Shown: positions 54,164 through 64,000, counted from the stretch's first letter. The stretch is DNA of 64,000 nucleotides from an uncultured virus (IMG/VR IMGVR_UViG_3300049847_000281) (IMGVR_UViG_3300049847_000281), one strand, 5' to 3'. A program made the numbers and translations. The notes: generated by a model not told the origin, from the letters alone.

Positions 54164-56214
54164 GATAGTTTGTAGTTAGCTTGAACGTATAGTCTGCGAG
54201 TCGCGATGCCATCATTGCTGTTATGTGGTGGCGCTGCCGTCACCTTCGTATTCGCATACACATCAATCGTGATGGGTTGAGAGAAGTCAACACCTGTGAT
54301 GTACATTGTTTGGGCAGATGTAGATGGCGTAGCCCCGACAACTCCGCACACCAAAAGAACGGTGGTAGAGTCATAGCGGTTTATTTTCAGGAACGACTCA
54401 ATCTTTTCCTGATAGCTTGAAAACGGATGACTCACCACAACCCCGGCAGAGCCTGCGCTGGTGGTAAGAATGATTTTATGAATGTTCATGTTGCCCCACA
54501 GCGCATTCGTGTCTGTGTTTTCTGCATCTGCTTCAGCCAGCACCATGTCACCATCAGCGGTCAGCGTATCAGCAGCGATAGCGTAGGTTTTCACCAGCAC
54601 ATCTATACCTGTGGTGTCGCCCGGATTCACCTCTTCACAATCGTTGTTAAGAATTTCGCTGCCCTTTTCCGAGAATCCTGCGTTACCGATAATGTCTACA
54701 GAGAGAAAGAGGTCGTCTTTATCGACAAAGGGCGCAGACGCTTCTATCGTCATCATCTCAATGTCGAATATCGACCAAGCTCCGGCTACGGTTACATGAT
54801 TTATGACTCTCATCTGTACCAGCGCATCCGGGTCACCTTTCTTTCGAATGGTTATCACCGACTTCACCTTAGTAGTTGTCTGTCCGCTCAACAGAAAAAG
54901 ATAAGTGAGCACAAAATTATTTGCCGCTGTATTGGAAACAAAAAGTTTTGTTGCAGAGAACAGGTCTGAATTGTTAAACTTCAGATTTTTATTTCCGGGG
55001 TCTGACTGGGTTGTACCGGGAGTGAAAATATAAGGAAAGTAGTCATCCGGCGGATTAGAACCCACATAATTCACCGCATAGTTCTTCGGATTCGAGCCTG
55101 TAGCCACCACCTCTAAGTAATCAGGAGTATCGGTAGATACAGTCGTGTTATACATGCTTGCAAGAAGCGTCTGTATCGCATCGCTTATCTGAACATGGTA
55201 AGTAGTCGTGTCACCTACTACATCGTTGGTAACAGCGATGCTGAGGTCGGGAGAATCCACCACGGTAATGTTGTTGGTGTTCTCCACAGGAGTTACATAC
55301 GATGGCTTGTCGGTCTGTCCGCAGTCGTTGCACTTGCCATCACAGCCAGTCACAGCCATGATGGATGCGAGATACATAGCGGCTTTGGTTTCATCTCCGC
55401 ATTGCTTTGCCAGCATATAGAGCTGAATGTCTTTGATTGCCGGAGCAATAGTCGACTCCCACATCTCAATCGCTGCGGTCGTGTTCTTTGCAAGAAGTCT
55501 GTTGTAGGTTTTGTTCAGGTTACCGAGGCAGCACAGTATCTTGCATCCGTCATCATCACACACCACTTCGAATTCCTTTACTCCCGAAACTTCGATGATG
55601 GTTACATGCCCGTCAGGATAAGTGTAGGTAATGGTGCTGGTGACTTCCGATGTCCACGTTTGAGTATAGATGCCCGTTACGGTGATAGTCGCTCCGCTGG
55701 ACACATAAGGAGAAAGCTCAAGAACAGGAGGCGGGTACACTTTATGCACACGGCTAAGGGTTGTTACATACAGCCCGTAGTCAGTTACGTCTTCGCTGGT
55801 GACTTGGCTCTTGGCACAATTCACCGTAGCTTCAATTTTTACTTTAGGACAAGGACATTGAAAAAGGTATTCGAAGTCCTGCGCCTGTATTTCGCTTGGT
55901 GTTGTGGTGTCCCAAAATTGCAACTGCACGGTGTATGTGCCTTGTAAAATATCTCCGTTAGAATCTAACGGAAGATAAATAGGAATCTGATTATCGCGTG
56001 TGCTGGCAAGCGGGATGTCATACGTGCCGGGGGTCACGTTATTATACACTACATGTGTGCCGTCTGCCGCCAGCAGTGTAACCTTTAGCTTATCGGCAAG
56101 GTCTGTTAAGTCGGGAACTCCCTGCCCTGCATAGTCGGTGGTGTCGGTAATACGCAGCTGAGGCGGGGTTGCCGTCTCATCGAATACTGCTGTTATGCTA
56201 AAAGTTATAGGCAT
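54160..56214 (-). CDS. Cys-containing virion structural protein (fibre-docking-like)
   Basis: 684 aa; LRITDTTDY, GTYTVQL and a CC...CGD...C cluster. Confidence 0.55.
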   Translation of the reverse strand: MPITFSITAVFDETATPPQLRITDTTDYAGQGVPDLTDLADKLKVTLLAADGTHVVYNNVTPGTYDIPLASTRDNQIPIYLPLDSNGDILQGTYTVQLQFWDTTTPSEIQAQDFEYLFQCPCPKVKIEATVNCAKSQVTSEDVTDYGLYVTTLSRVHKVYPPPVLELSPYVSSGATITVTGIYTQTWTSEVTSTITYTYPDGHVTIIEVSGVKEFEVVCDDDGCKILCCLGNLNKTYNRLLAKNTTAAIEMWESTIAPAIKDIQLYMLAKQCGDETKAAMYLASIMAVTGCDGKCNDCGQTDKPSYVTPVENTNNITVVDSPDLSIAVTNDVVGDTTTYHVQISDAIQTLLASMYNTTVSTDTPDYLEVVATGSNPKNYAVNYVGSNPPDDYFPYIFTPGTTQSDPGNKNLKFNNSDLFSATKLFVSNTAANNFVLTYLFLLSGQTTTKVKSVITIRKKGDPDALVQMRVINHVTVAGAWSIFDIEMMTIEASAPFVDKDDLFLSVDIIGNAGFSEKGSEILNNDCEEVNPGDTTGIDVLVKTYAIAADTLTADGDMVLAEADAENTDTNALWGNMNIHKIILTTSAGSAGVVVSHPFSSYQEKIESFLKINRYDSTTVLLVCGVVGATPSTSAQTMYITGVDFSQPITIDVYANTKVTAAPPHNSNDGIATRRLYVQANYKLS

Positions 56215-56227
56215 CGTGTATAAAGTT

Positions 56228-56265
56228 TAAAAAAAACGGTAACCACTTGCTTGCAGTCACCGTCT
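56228..56265 (-). terminator. intrinsic terminator
   Basis: Minus strand GACGGTGACTGC-AAGCAA-GTGGTTACCGTT followed by a T-tract. Confidence 0.6.
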
Positions 56266-56287
56266 TTTCTCATGAACAAAAAATATC

Positions 56288-57160
56288 TTATGCAGGCTCC
56301 TCTACAGGCTCCAGCTTCTCTTCTAAGTATTTAAGCCACTCCTTTTTGTCGCTGAGGGTAAGATGGTCTACAAGGAAGTTGAGCGGGTCTTCTCCCTGCT
56401 TCACGCTAAGGATAGACTCTTTCTCTTCGCTGTCTTCCATACGAAGCCATTGCTTCTTGCCTCCGTGATACTTGATGAGCTTGGCTGCAACAGCCCGGTT
56501 CACGATGTTCTTCACATGTGTCTTCGGACTCTTCGCCACCTTCAAAAAAAAGCTGGGGTCGAATTCTGCTTTTGCACGAAGAGCTTCTTTTATCTGCTCA
56601 TCGTTATAGTTCTTTTCATGTCCTACCAAGTCAGGGTAGTTGCGGAAGATGGTGCGGAGTTCCGGCATCTTCAGCGCGTTACTTGGGTCAAGGATGAGCG
56701 AAAGCGCGTCATAGCGGAGTTGGCTCTTCTTGATGGCAGCAGCGGCTTTTGCAGCTTTGTCTTCAGGATAGAAAATGGATTTCTTGTTGGTGTCCCTGTT
56801 CGGACTTGTTTCACAAAGCGGATGATTCATCAAAAAATAATTCATCTCCGGGTTGTGGTCTACGATAAGTCTTCCGGGCTGCGGAAACTCTACCTGCGAA
56901 GGATTCCACTGGTTGTAGCTTAGACCGCCTTCGCTGACTACTCGCGGAGCAGTCTCTACATACCGGATTTCGGTCGTGCGGTTCTCAGTGTCTGTAAGCC
57001 TGTAGTACGGCTCCATAAAAATTCCGTTGGGTTTGCGCACACGCTTGTCTTGCTGGTCGTAGCGCGCATGTCCCGGCATCAGCAGGTACACTTGCTTCTT
57101 GCCATACTCTTTTAGTTCTTCCTTAGTGAGCTTATAAGGCTCGTTGTCTTTGTAAAGCAT
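56288..57160 (-). CDS. conserved protein downstream of the capsid gene
   Basis: 290 aa; FLMNHP...FYPED motif. Confidence 0.65.
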   Translation of the reverse strand: MLYKDNEPYKLTKEELKEYGKKQVYLLMPGHARYDQQDKRVRKPNGIFMEPYYRLTDTENRTTEIRYVETAPRVVSEGGLSYNQWNPSQVEFPQPGRLIVDHNPEMNYFLMNHPLCETSPNRDTNKKSIFYPEDKAAKAAAAIKKSQLRYDALSLILDPSNALKMPELRTIFRNYPDLVGHEKNYNDEQIKEALRAKAEFDPSFFLKVAKSPKTHVKNIVNRAVAAKLIKYHGGKKQWLRMEDSEEKESILSVKQGEDPLNFLVDHLTLSDKKEWLKYLEEKLEPVEEPA

Positions 57161-57264
57161 ATCTCTGTCGGTTTAATTGGTTACTATTTAATCTTCCTCT
57201 TTCTCCCGCCCCTCAGATGAGGAGCGGGAGTAGGGGAGGAAGGAATTAACTCATGGCAGTGAGC

Positions 57265-58710
57265 TTACTGGGGGTCAAGCAATACCATTTGGTTTCCGCC
57301 AACGTGTTCTGCACCGATGTGCGAACGCAGGCAGAGCTTGTTGACATCCTTGCTGAGAACTTTCATGCCGGGAGCAGCACCTGATAGCGTCCACACTTCC
57401 GCTCTGCGGTTGTAGTTGCCCAGTGCTTTGTAGATGACTCCGAAGTACGGAACGTCCGTATTGCTCTTCAGGTCACGCTTGGTTCCCATTGGAATGAATG
57501 CTCCCAACGATGCTCCGTTGTAGCCGCTTGCTCCGTAGAGGCGCGGGTGAGAGAACACAGGCATGCGGGAGAACCCGAATGTGTAGCCGCTCTTTTCAAG
57601 AACTCCGAAGCCAACGCTTGCCTCTAAGCCAGCGTCTCCGCCAAACACATTCTGCACCATCTGCTGACGCACATAGTTGATGTTTGTGTTTTGGAAATAC
57701 GCTTTCAGCGTGTCGTCAATTTCGGTGTTCAGGTTGATGCCGATAAGACCGCAGATGTATTTCGGAGCAAACTGCTTGTCCAAAATTTTAGCGATGTCGT
57801 TCAGCGTCTGTACCGCGAATGTTCCCGGAGTGTACTGTTTCACGTTTCCGTTAGCAGCCATATAAGGGATGATACCTTCTGTGGTTTTCACTGGCTCAAA
57901 CGCAGATGCGTCATAAGACGATGCGTCATAGATGGTAGACAAGGTGAGGTTACCAAAGAGCAGCGCACCGTCAATTTTCAGCTCATGCTCATAGTCCGTG
58001 TCCATCTGCCCTTTCAGGTAGTAAGCCGGAATGTCGCCTGCTGTTTTGTAGGTGTCGAACCACGTTTGGTTGGTGGCTTGTGTGCCAGTCCATTTGTAGC
58101 CTGTTTTAATAATCTGAACATAAGAGGTGCTCATCTTAGGTTTGTTCACGATACCATCAGGATGTTCGCTTCCTTCAGGGTAAGCATTCGTGATGATGAT
58201 AAGCTCCTGCTGGTCTGCCACAGCTGGTAACGCTACCGTTGCGTCCTGCGCAGTGATAGTGATGGTAACAGCGTTTGTGCCAAGTCCTGCGATGTCAGTA
58301 ACCACTCCGGTAACACGGTTAGGGTACATAATAACGTCTTGCAACTGCACAGGGCAGTAGTAGTAGTTAGCTCCGGTAGGAGGTGCCGGAAATCCGAGGA
58401 AGTCATCGTTCGGAGAAATTGCATTCAACACGATAGCCTGCACTTGAGGTGCATCTTGGTTACCTGATGGAGCAACAGCGCTTACCGCACCGTCCGAGTG
58501 GAAGGTTGGATGAATCCAGTCTTCTTCGTAGCTGATGGCTGAGTCCTGTGCAATAGCACGGGAATAGCCCAATGATTCGAGCAAGCGGAATGCGCTTAAC
58601 CCTTGGTCGCCCTTAGAGCGAAACAGTTTGTTTCTTACCTCCGGTTTTTCAATGTCGAAAGTAGAGATGATATTGCTGGTCGTTATCCCAGCGGCTGATG
58701 TTTGATTCAT
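57265..58710 (-). CDS. major capsid protein
   Basis: 481 aa after a scaffold-like gene; ITNAYPEGS, YVQIIK..Y.WTGT, EHELKIDGALLFG and TTEGIIP. Confidence 0.8.
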   Translation of the reverse strand: MNQTSAAGITTSNIISTFDIEKPEVRNKLFRSKGDQGLSAFRLLESLGYSRAIAQDSAISYEEDWIHPTFHSDGAVSAVAPSGNQDAPQVQAIVLNAISPNDDFLGFPAPPTGANYYYCPVQLQDVIMYPNRVTGVVTDIAGLGTNAVTITITAQDATVALPAVADQQELIIITNAYPEGSEHPDGIVNKPKMSTSYVQIIKTGYKWTGTQATNQTWFDTYKTAGDIPAYYLKGQMDTDYEHELKIDGALLFGNLTLSTIYDASSYDASAFEPVKTTEGIIPYMAANGNVKQYTPGTFAVQTLNDIAKILDKQFAPKYICGLIGINLNTEIDDTLKAYFQNTNINYVRQQMVQNVFGGDAGLEASVGFGVLEKSGYTFGFSRMPVFSHPRLYGASGYNGASLGAFIPMGTKRDLKSNTDVPYFGVIYKALGNYNRRAEVWTLSGAAPGMKVLSKDVNKLCLRSHIGAEHVGGNQMVLLDPQ

Positions 58711-58729
58711 TTGATTGAAGTTTTAGATG

Positions 58730-59824
58730 TTACTTGAAATTTTTGATGCCGTTCTGCTGCGCAATAAATGAAGCTAAGTCCATGTTCTTGTCGGCAGGTG
58801 GCGTGGCTGGCGGAGTCTCCTCTTTTAATCCCGAAGGATGATGAGTGTCTTTCGCCCACTGTTTGTCTACCGCTGCTTTTATAGTACGGTTGATTTCCTT
58901 CTGATTACGGAAGAAAATTTTACTCAACAAAATCTCTTTCATCTGCTGCAATCCTTCTTGGTCGGGATTAATGCCTACGGCATCAATTACCTGCTGCATT
59001 GTTTCCGTTACTTCGTTGATGGTTTCCTGCGGAACCTCAAAGGTCACCGAGTTTTTTTCATCAAACGGAATCTCAATTTTCTTTAGAGATTCAATGAACG
59101 GGGCAGTCTGAGGTTTCCACGAATCCACACGGGCTTGTCGCTGTGTTTCAAAATTCTGCTGCTCCCTTACAGATTGCGGTATCATCTGTTCGGACTTGTA
59201 CTGAGCTAAATACTTCTTAGCTTCTTTGCCATCTAACCGCAGGTCAATACGCGCATCTTTGACATCCGGGTCATCGGCATCTAATTGGTCACTCAACTTG
59301 TACTTTCGCGCTACTTTGAATTCGGCTTCTTCCTTAGACAGTCCGTGTTCGAAACGATACTTTAACACTAAAGCATCTTTCTCATTCAGCTTGTCTACAT
59401 CGATTCCGGCTACACGCTCATACACCTTCGGGTCACCACCTTTACTCACGTAATCGTTTAGTCCCTTGATGTAATCGTTAGCAAACTTTGGCGCTTGGCT
59501 AAGGTTGGTCTCCAACTCTTTTGCCTTCAGCTCTGCCGCAGAATACTTTCCTGATAGCTCGTCAAGTTCTTTGAGTTTATTCTGAATCTCTTCTGTCGTT
59601 TTAAACTTGCCCCCGAATCGCTCGTTGAGGTAAGTGGCTTCGTCAAAAGAGGTCTCATTCTTTTTTAGCTCTGCTGCGGGAGGTGTTTCTCCTGCTGGCG
59701 GAGGTTCGTTGTTAGCAGGTGGTGTAACCACAGGTGGTTCCACTACTGCCGCTGGCGGTTCGTTTCCTTCTACAACAGGCGTAAATCCTGCTGCCTGAAA
59801 CGCTTCTTGTACTCTGTCTGTCAT
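58730..59824 (-). CDS. capsid scaffolding protein
   Basis: Pro/Glu-rich N-terminus and long helical body; upstream of the capsid gene. Confidence 0.65.
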   Translation of the reverse strand: MTDRVQEAFQAAGFTPVVEGNEPPAAVVEPPVVTPPANNEPPPAGETPPAAELKKNETSFDEATYLNERFGGKFKTTEEIQNKLKELDELSGKYSAAELKAKELETNLSQAPKFANDYIKGLNDYVSKGGDPKVYERVAGIDVDKLNEKDALVLKYRFEHGLSKEEAEFKVARKYKLSDQLDADDPDVKDARIDLRLDGKEAKKYLAQYKSEQMIPQSVREQQNFETQRQARVDSWKPQTAPFIESLKKIEIPFDEKNSVTFEVPQETINEVTETMQQVIDAVGINPDQEGLQQMKEILLSKIFFRNQKEINRTIKAAVDKQWAKDTHHPSGLKEETPPATPPADKNMDLASFIAQQNGIKNFK

Positions 59825-59852
59825 ATCTCTTGGTTTTTAGTTTTGTCTTTCG

Positions 59853-59926
59853 TAGCGGGAGGCGGACTCGAACCACCGACATCCTGATTATGAGTCAGGT
59901 GTTCTGACCAGCTGAACTACCCCGCG
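59853..59926 (-). tRNA. tRNA-Met(CAT)
   Basis: CGCGGGG...TCCCGCT-A; anticodon arm CCTGA-CTCATAA-TCAGG; T-arm GGTGG-TTCGAGT-CCGCC. Confidence 0.9.
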
Positions 59927-59946
59927 ATATATTGTTGCCCGACCCG

Positions 59947-60447
59947 TTAGTCAGCATAATCGTTTGCTAAATACTTGATGCGGCTTAAAGTCTCGCCTAC
60001 ATTGTAGGACACTATCACCGCATCCTGAGACTCAGGCTGCTCATAGCGAAGAACAGACTTTATCAGCTCATCAGAAACAGGATAAGCATACACTTCATAG
60101 ATATAGCGTGGATTAAAAATCTTTTGATACGGCTGATGTCCGTCTCCCGGATAAACAGTTAATTCGATGCCTTCATTGTCATTGAAAATGTTGGGAATGT
60201 TTATTTGGACAGCAACATCCTCGACCGGGTTCTTCGCCTGATAGTATCGCAGGTCGGGAACAGGATTATCGTAGACCTTATACGTTAATCTTGACACTGT
60301 ATATGTTCCCAATGGAACAAACGGAGCTTCTCCATCGGGAATTTCCCTAATAGACAACACTTTTTTAGCACACAACAGCTTTTCAACAGGCGTGCTGTAC
60401 ACGTCATTATTCTTTGCGTACTCAGTCCATGAAAATAGTTGTCCCAT
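59947..60447 (-). CDS. hypothetical late protein, paralog B
   Basis: Shares LFxWxE, PVEKLL, FNPRYI and QDAVI with 60460-60927. Confidence 0.75.
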   Translation of the reverse strand: MGQLFSWTEYAKNNDVYSTPVEKLLCAKKVLSIREIPDGEAPFVPLGTYTVSRLTYKVYDNPVPDLRYYQAKNPVEDVAVQINIPNIFNDNEGIELTVYPGDGHQPYQKIFNPRYIYEVYAYPVSDELIKSVLRYEQPESQDAVIVSYNVGETLSRIKYLANDYAD

Positions 60448-60459
60448 TGTCAGAAAAAA

Positions 60460-60927
60460 TTAAGAGTTCGCTGCTGCCTTTATAGCCGCTTGGTCTGAAT
60501 CAACATGATAGGTCGTTATAACAGCATCTTGCGCTTCAGGCTCCTCATACATTAAGTATGCCTGCAACGGATTGTCAATCCAGTCGCCAACCTCATGAAT
60601 GTATCTCGGATTAAAAACCTTGTCATACGCGGCAACTCCGTTATCGGGGATAACACTCAGGATAATCGCTTCAATGTTATTCGTGGTGTTGGGGTCATTC
60701 ATCGCAAGCAAAACATCACTTGCGGGGTCTTCTGAATAACGCTGGTCAGGGTTCGCGTCATCGTTTGCTTTGTAGTTCAAAAGCGAATAACTCTCCGTTG
60801 CTCCGGTAAAGTTATCGTTCACTGTTTGCAGAATTACGACTCGTTTCGAGTTCAGTAATTTCTCAACGGGCGCGGTATAAACTGCTCCGTTCTTTTTGAT
60901 TTCATTCCAAGTGAATAGACGTGCCAT
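60460..60927 (-). CDS. hypothetical late protein, paralog A
   Basis: First gene of late operon 1. Confidence 0.75.
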   Translation of the reverse strand: MARLFTWNEIKKNGAVYTAPVEKLLNSKRVVILQTVNDNFTGATESYSLLNYKANDDANPDQRYSEDPASDVLLAMNDPNTTNNIEAIILSVIPDNGVAAYDKVFNPRYIHEVGDWIDNPLQAYLMYEEPEAQDAVITTYHVDSDQAAIKAAANS

Positions 60928-60945
60928 TTGAGTTTATTTTTTTTT

Positions 60946-60990
60946 CAAAAGTAGAAGGAAGTTATTAACCGTATACGGGATGAAGTATAA
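60946..60990 (-). promoter_or_regulatory. late promoter 1: 19-bp palindromic box + 18 nt + TACTTTTG
   Basis: Same box, spacing and -7 element as 31500-31544. Confidence 0.8.
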
Positions 60991-61107
60991 AGTATAATTC
61001 AGTATCAATGTTTTACGCATACATTTGTACTGTTTATAAAATAGGTTAATACGACAGTACAACTCCGGTTTTCAGCATAGCTTTGAGTCAACAAAAACAC
61101 TCAACTT

Positions 61108-61380
61108 ATGCGCAAAAACCACGACCGGGTTAAAATGTCTGCACGACAGATAAACCAACTTCTCACATCCAACATGGAAATCATTGGCAACAACGTCAGG
61201 TTCTACAGAAAACAAAAATGCTTTTCTCAAAACGAGCTTGCCTACTATGTCTGCTCCTCGCAACACACCATCTCCAACATCGAAACAGTACGCAACTATA
61301 ACGTAGAGCTGCTCACGCTTCTCAAGATAGCGGAGGTGTTAGAAATATCTATTCAAAAAATTCTTACTCCGCGAAAATAA
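61108..61380 (+). CDS. XRE-family HTH regulator
   Basis: IGNNVRFYRKQKCFSQNELAYYVCSSQHTISNIE...LLKIAEVLEI. Confidence 0.88.
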   Translation: MRKNHDRVKMSARQINQLLTSNMEIIGNNVRFYRKQKCFSQNELAYYVCSSQHTISNIETVRNYNVELLTLLKIAEVLEISIQKILTPRK

Positions 61381-61381
61381 A

Positions 61382-61636
61382 ATGACACACCGTCTTCCTA
61401 TCATCGGCTTCGGCTGGAAAAAGATAATCAAAGGCTCTCAGGAGTTTATCAACATCTCGGTGAGCAAAGCGGAGATAGACAAGATACCTGTTGATGCACG
61501 CGGCAGCGTCAACCTCACCATCACCAACATCAAAGACCCGAAAGATACACGTACCCATATCGTCTACGAAGACGACCACCCGATAACTAAAAGAGCGAAA
61601 GAACATGTCTCACAAACTGACAGCGAAGGAATTTGA
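61382..61636 (+). CDS. hypothetical protein
   Basis: 84 aa. Confidence 0.6.
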   Translation: MTHRLPIIGFGWKKIIKGSQEFINISVSKAEIDKIPVDARGSVNLTITNIKDPKDTRTHIVYEDDHPITKRAKEHVSQTDSEGI

Positions 61637-62351
61637 AAATCTGCAACTGATAAACAATTTTATCGTGGTGAAGCCCGACCCCGGCAACCACAAAATTGTT
61701 CTCAAGAGCGGAGCGGAGCTATACCTCGACACTTCATTCGAAGTGGAGAAGCATGCCGTTACAACAGGCACAGTCGTTTACGTCCCCGACAAGCTGCGCC
61801 ACCACGAACAGTACGGCACAGCCACGCTCTCATACATCACAGACCAAGAGCTGTGCTGTGGCGACAAAGTTATTTTTCACTACAACGAGTCTGTTCACAA
61901 CATCAAAGAGTCGCGCTACATCGAATGCGAAGAGCAAATCTATTTCTTAGTCAAGTACGACACCATCTTCTGCGCCATTCGCACTACACCCACCGGGGAG
62001 CAGCTCGTTATCCCGGTTAACGGTATCGTTATTGTAGAAGCCGATGACGCTCCGCCTCCGTTCGAGTCAGAGCATTTTGTAATTCCTGAAATATCGCTGG
62101 GCAGGAAGAGCGAAACACAGGGCGTTATCCGCTACATCGGCTCTCCGCTGAAGGGCTACTATGACTACAAGGATGTGGTGGACTTAAACAACCTGACGGA
62201 AGGAGACCACGTAGTCTTCAACAAACGCGACAGCGTGCCGCTGCAATACGACCTGCACCAGTCGCTCGACAAAGGCAAAACATTATACCGCATGCGCAGG
62301 ATGGACATCTATGGCAAGCTGGAGGACTCTATACACGAACTACTCGTATGA
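61605..62351 (+). CDS. co-chaperonin with two tandem GroES-like domains
   Basis: INNFIVVKP..GTVVYVP..GDKVIF..DTIF, then PVNGIVIVE..GVIRYIG..GDHVVF..DIYG. Confidence 0.75.
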   Translation: MSHKLTAKEFENLQLINNFIVVKPDPGNHKIVLKSGAELYLDTSFEVEKHAVTTGTVVYVPDKLRHHEQYGTATLSYITDQELCCGDKVIFHYNESVHNIKESRYIECEEQIYFLVKYDTIFCAIRTTPTGEQLVIPVNGIVIVEADDAPPPFESEHFVIPEISLGRKSETQGVIRYIGSPLKGYYDYKDVVDLNNLTEGDHVVFNKRDSVPLQYDLHQSLDKGKTLYRMRRMDIYGKLEDSIHELLV

Positions 62352-63007
62352 TACAAGACAACTTCTCTAACGAAGAGTTCTCAACCATGCTCTTCAACGT
62401 GATGAACATTCCTTCGGGCAAGACCATCACCGAAGTGTACCCGGAGCTTGCTAAGTACCCGGAGTTCGGAAATTATACAGGCATGGAGCCGGAGACACTG
62501 CTGCGCTATGTGTTCCTGATGTACGACCGTCACACACCACTGAAGAAAGTGGACGACATCATCTCGCGCAAAATACAGGCTGCGCAGATAGCCGGGTTCG
62601 AGCCAAACGAAAAGGGTTACTTCGACCGCTTGGTGGATGACATGATGCGTGGCTTTAACGCAGACGTAAACAAGATGATTATACGTGCGCTGCGCCTGCA
62701 ACACGACATCACGTTCTCTACGATGGTCACTGGCAACGAAGCGCTGTATCAGAAACAGGAACTCATCCTCTCGGCAGCAGACGAAGGAGAGAAGAAATCT
62801 CCGGTGGAGATAGAAAAAATTAAAGGCGAACTATGGAAGCAGGCAAAGGCGATGCGTGACGACCTCGACAAACTTGCACTCATCTGCCTCAACAACGACA
62901 ACAACCCTTATCTAAAGAAGGATTTATTTTGTGTAATCGACAGAGAAAGCCAGCAGCTAAACCTCACCCCGGAAAGGGTGGCTCAACGGCAGAATGCAGA
63001 AGCATGA
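62348..63007 (+). CDS. putative terminase small subunit
   Basis: Helical, 219 aa, immediately upstream of terL. Confidence 0.45.
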   Translation: MIQDNFSNEEFSTMLFNVMNIPSGKTITEVYPELAKYPEFGNYTGMEPETLLRYVFLMYDRHTPLKKVDDIISRKIQAAQIAGFEPNEKGYFDRLVDDMMRGFNADVNKMIIRALRLQHDITFSTMVTGNEALYQKQELILSAADEGEKKSPVEIEKIKGELWKQAKAMRDDLDKLALICLNNDNNPYLKKDLFCVIDRESQQLNLTPERVAQRQNAEA

Positions 63008-64000
63008 ATACATAGCGGCAGATAAAGTATTAATTGTTAATGACGGTGACCCGGACTTAAAGCCCATCTCTATTCCCCTTCCTGAAGCTCCGGCTATGGA
63101 AGACACGGACGGCTATGGTCTCGCCCCGGATAATCAGATATGGAAGCGCATGCCGCTGCCGCCACGCCTGCGGGAGCTGCATCACGCCAAGATGACCAAC
63201 CGCGAGAAGTGGACATTCCTCAGCGACAACGCCAAGTCCTACAAAAAAGAAATCGACTACATCGCTCAGATGTGGGAGTACCGCATCAACGGCTACTGGC
63301 TCTTCATCAACGGCAAGCAGACGTGGATTAGCGGAGACCACTTCTTCTACCTCAACACATGGAACTTAGATGTAGGCTTCCCGGTCTACCGCAGCCGCGA
63401 CAGAAAGTTCTACATCTTCAAATGGTTCTGCGACAACGACCCATTCTGCTTCGGCTTCAATTACCCAAAGTTCCGAAGAGAAGGCGCTACCAGCAAAACC
63501 AAGTGCGCAGAATACAATCTCATCTCCCGTTCCGCCAACTATCACAGCGGTATGCAGAGCATGAACCTCCAAAGCTCCGAGAAACTCTTCAACGGACACG
63601 TGGTAGAGCCGTGGCGCAAGCTGCCATTCTTCTTCCAGCCAGTTCACGAAGGAACTACTAACCCGAAGAGCGGACTGTTCTTCTATGCTCCGGCATATAA
63701 GATGACTGCCGACAACGTAAAAGAAATTGAGACCGAAGAGCTGGCATCATCCATGACGTTCCTCGACTCAGGGGTGAAAGCCTATGACGGTCGCAAGCTG
63801 CACTTCTATCACGGAGACGAGACAGGAAAAACCGAAGAGGTGAATGTCTATGCCCGGTGGCGCGTTGTCAAGCCCTGTCTAAGACTTGGCTCTACCATCA
63901 TCGGCAAGTGCATCAACACCTCCACCGTAGGAGAGATGGATAAAGGTGGCGGTCGCCACTTCAAGCAGCTATGTGACGACAGCGACTATCACGACCGCAA
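62994..64000 (+). CDS. terL: terminase large subunit (5' part, runs off window)
   Basis: Manual translation from ATG 62994: YRINGYWLFING...GDHFFYLN, Walker A-like PKFRREGATS, Walker B-like HFYHGDETGK and STVGE. Confidence 0.85.
   Translation, partial: MQKHEYIAADKVLIVNDGDPDLKPISIPLPEAPAMEDTDGYGLAPDNQIWKRMPLPPRLRELHHAKMTNREKWTFLSDNAKSYKKEIDYIAQMWEYRINGYWLFINGKQTWISGDHFFYLNTWNLDVGFPVYRSRDRKFYIFKWFCDNDPFCFGFNYPKFRREGATSKTKCAEYNLISRSANYHSGMQSMNLQSSEKLFNGHVVEPWRKLPFFFQPVHEGTTNPKSGLFFYAPAYKMTADNVKEIETEELASSMTFLDSGVKAYDGRKLHFYHGDETGKTEEVNVYARWRVVKPCLRLGSTIIGKCINTSTVGEMDKGGGRHFKQLCDDSDYHDR

Noticed and set aside
32271..59453. Numerous + strand ORFs opposite the virion genes
   Set aside because: Antisense shadows of long minus-strand genes, with no leaders or protein motifs
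1..64000. Stop-codon reassignment as in some crAss-like phages
   Set aside because: Long genes are intact in the standard code, and TAA, TAG and TGA all terminate genes

Overview
The window is a ~64-kb segment of a temperate Bacteroidota (Bacteroidetes) tailed phage, probably podovirus-like. Host assignment rests on TAnnTTTG/TTTG promoters and A/C-rich leaders lacking Shine-Dalgarno sequences. Layout from left to right: accessory genes (0.2-3.3 kb); an AT-rich control or terminus-like region (3.3-4.4 kb); an array of 16 small early-type gene cassettes, each preceded by the same element GTGATGA-[variable covarying hairpin]-(T/G/A)AAACAACTAAC-A-rich-ATG (4.4-12.2 kb); more early genes (12-17 kb); a leftward replication/recombination/glycosyltransferase operon (17-25.5 kb); a repressor / tRNA-Arg / att-like repeats / tyrosine integrase module (25.6-28 kb); two leftward virion operons (28-31.5 and 32-61 kb) encoding tail fibre, holin-like genes, a 3450-aa polyvalent ejection-type protein, tail stabilization and ring proteins, major capsid, scaffold and tRNA-Met; and a rightward HTH / double-GroES / terminase operon running off the right edge. 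The most notable candidate system is the 16-cassette array together with an exact antisense copy of its 13-nt core. That copy sits in a hairpin immediately after the integrase stop codon. Integrase arm-like repeats also recur just upstream of the array. All product calls come from motif recognition by eye; no database searches were run.
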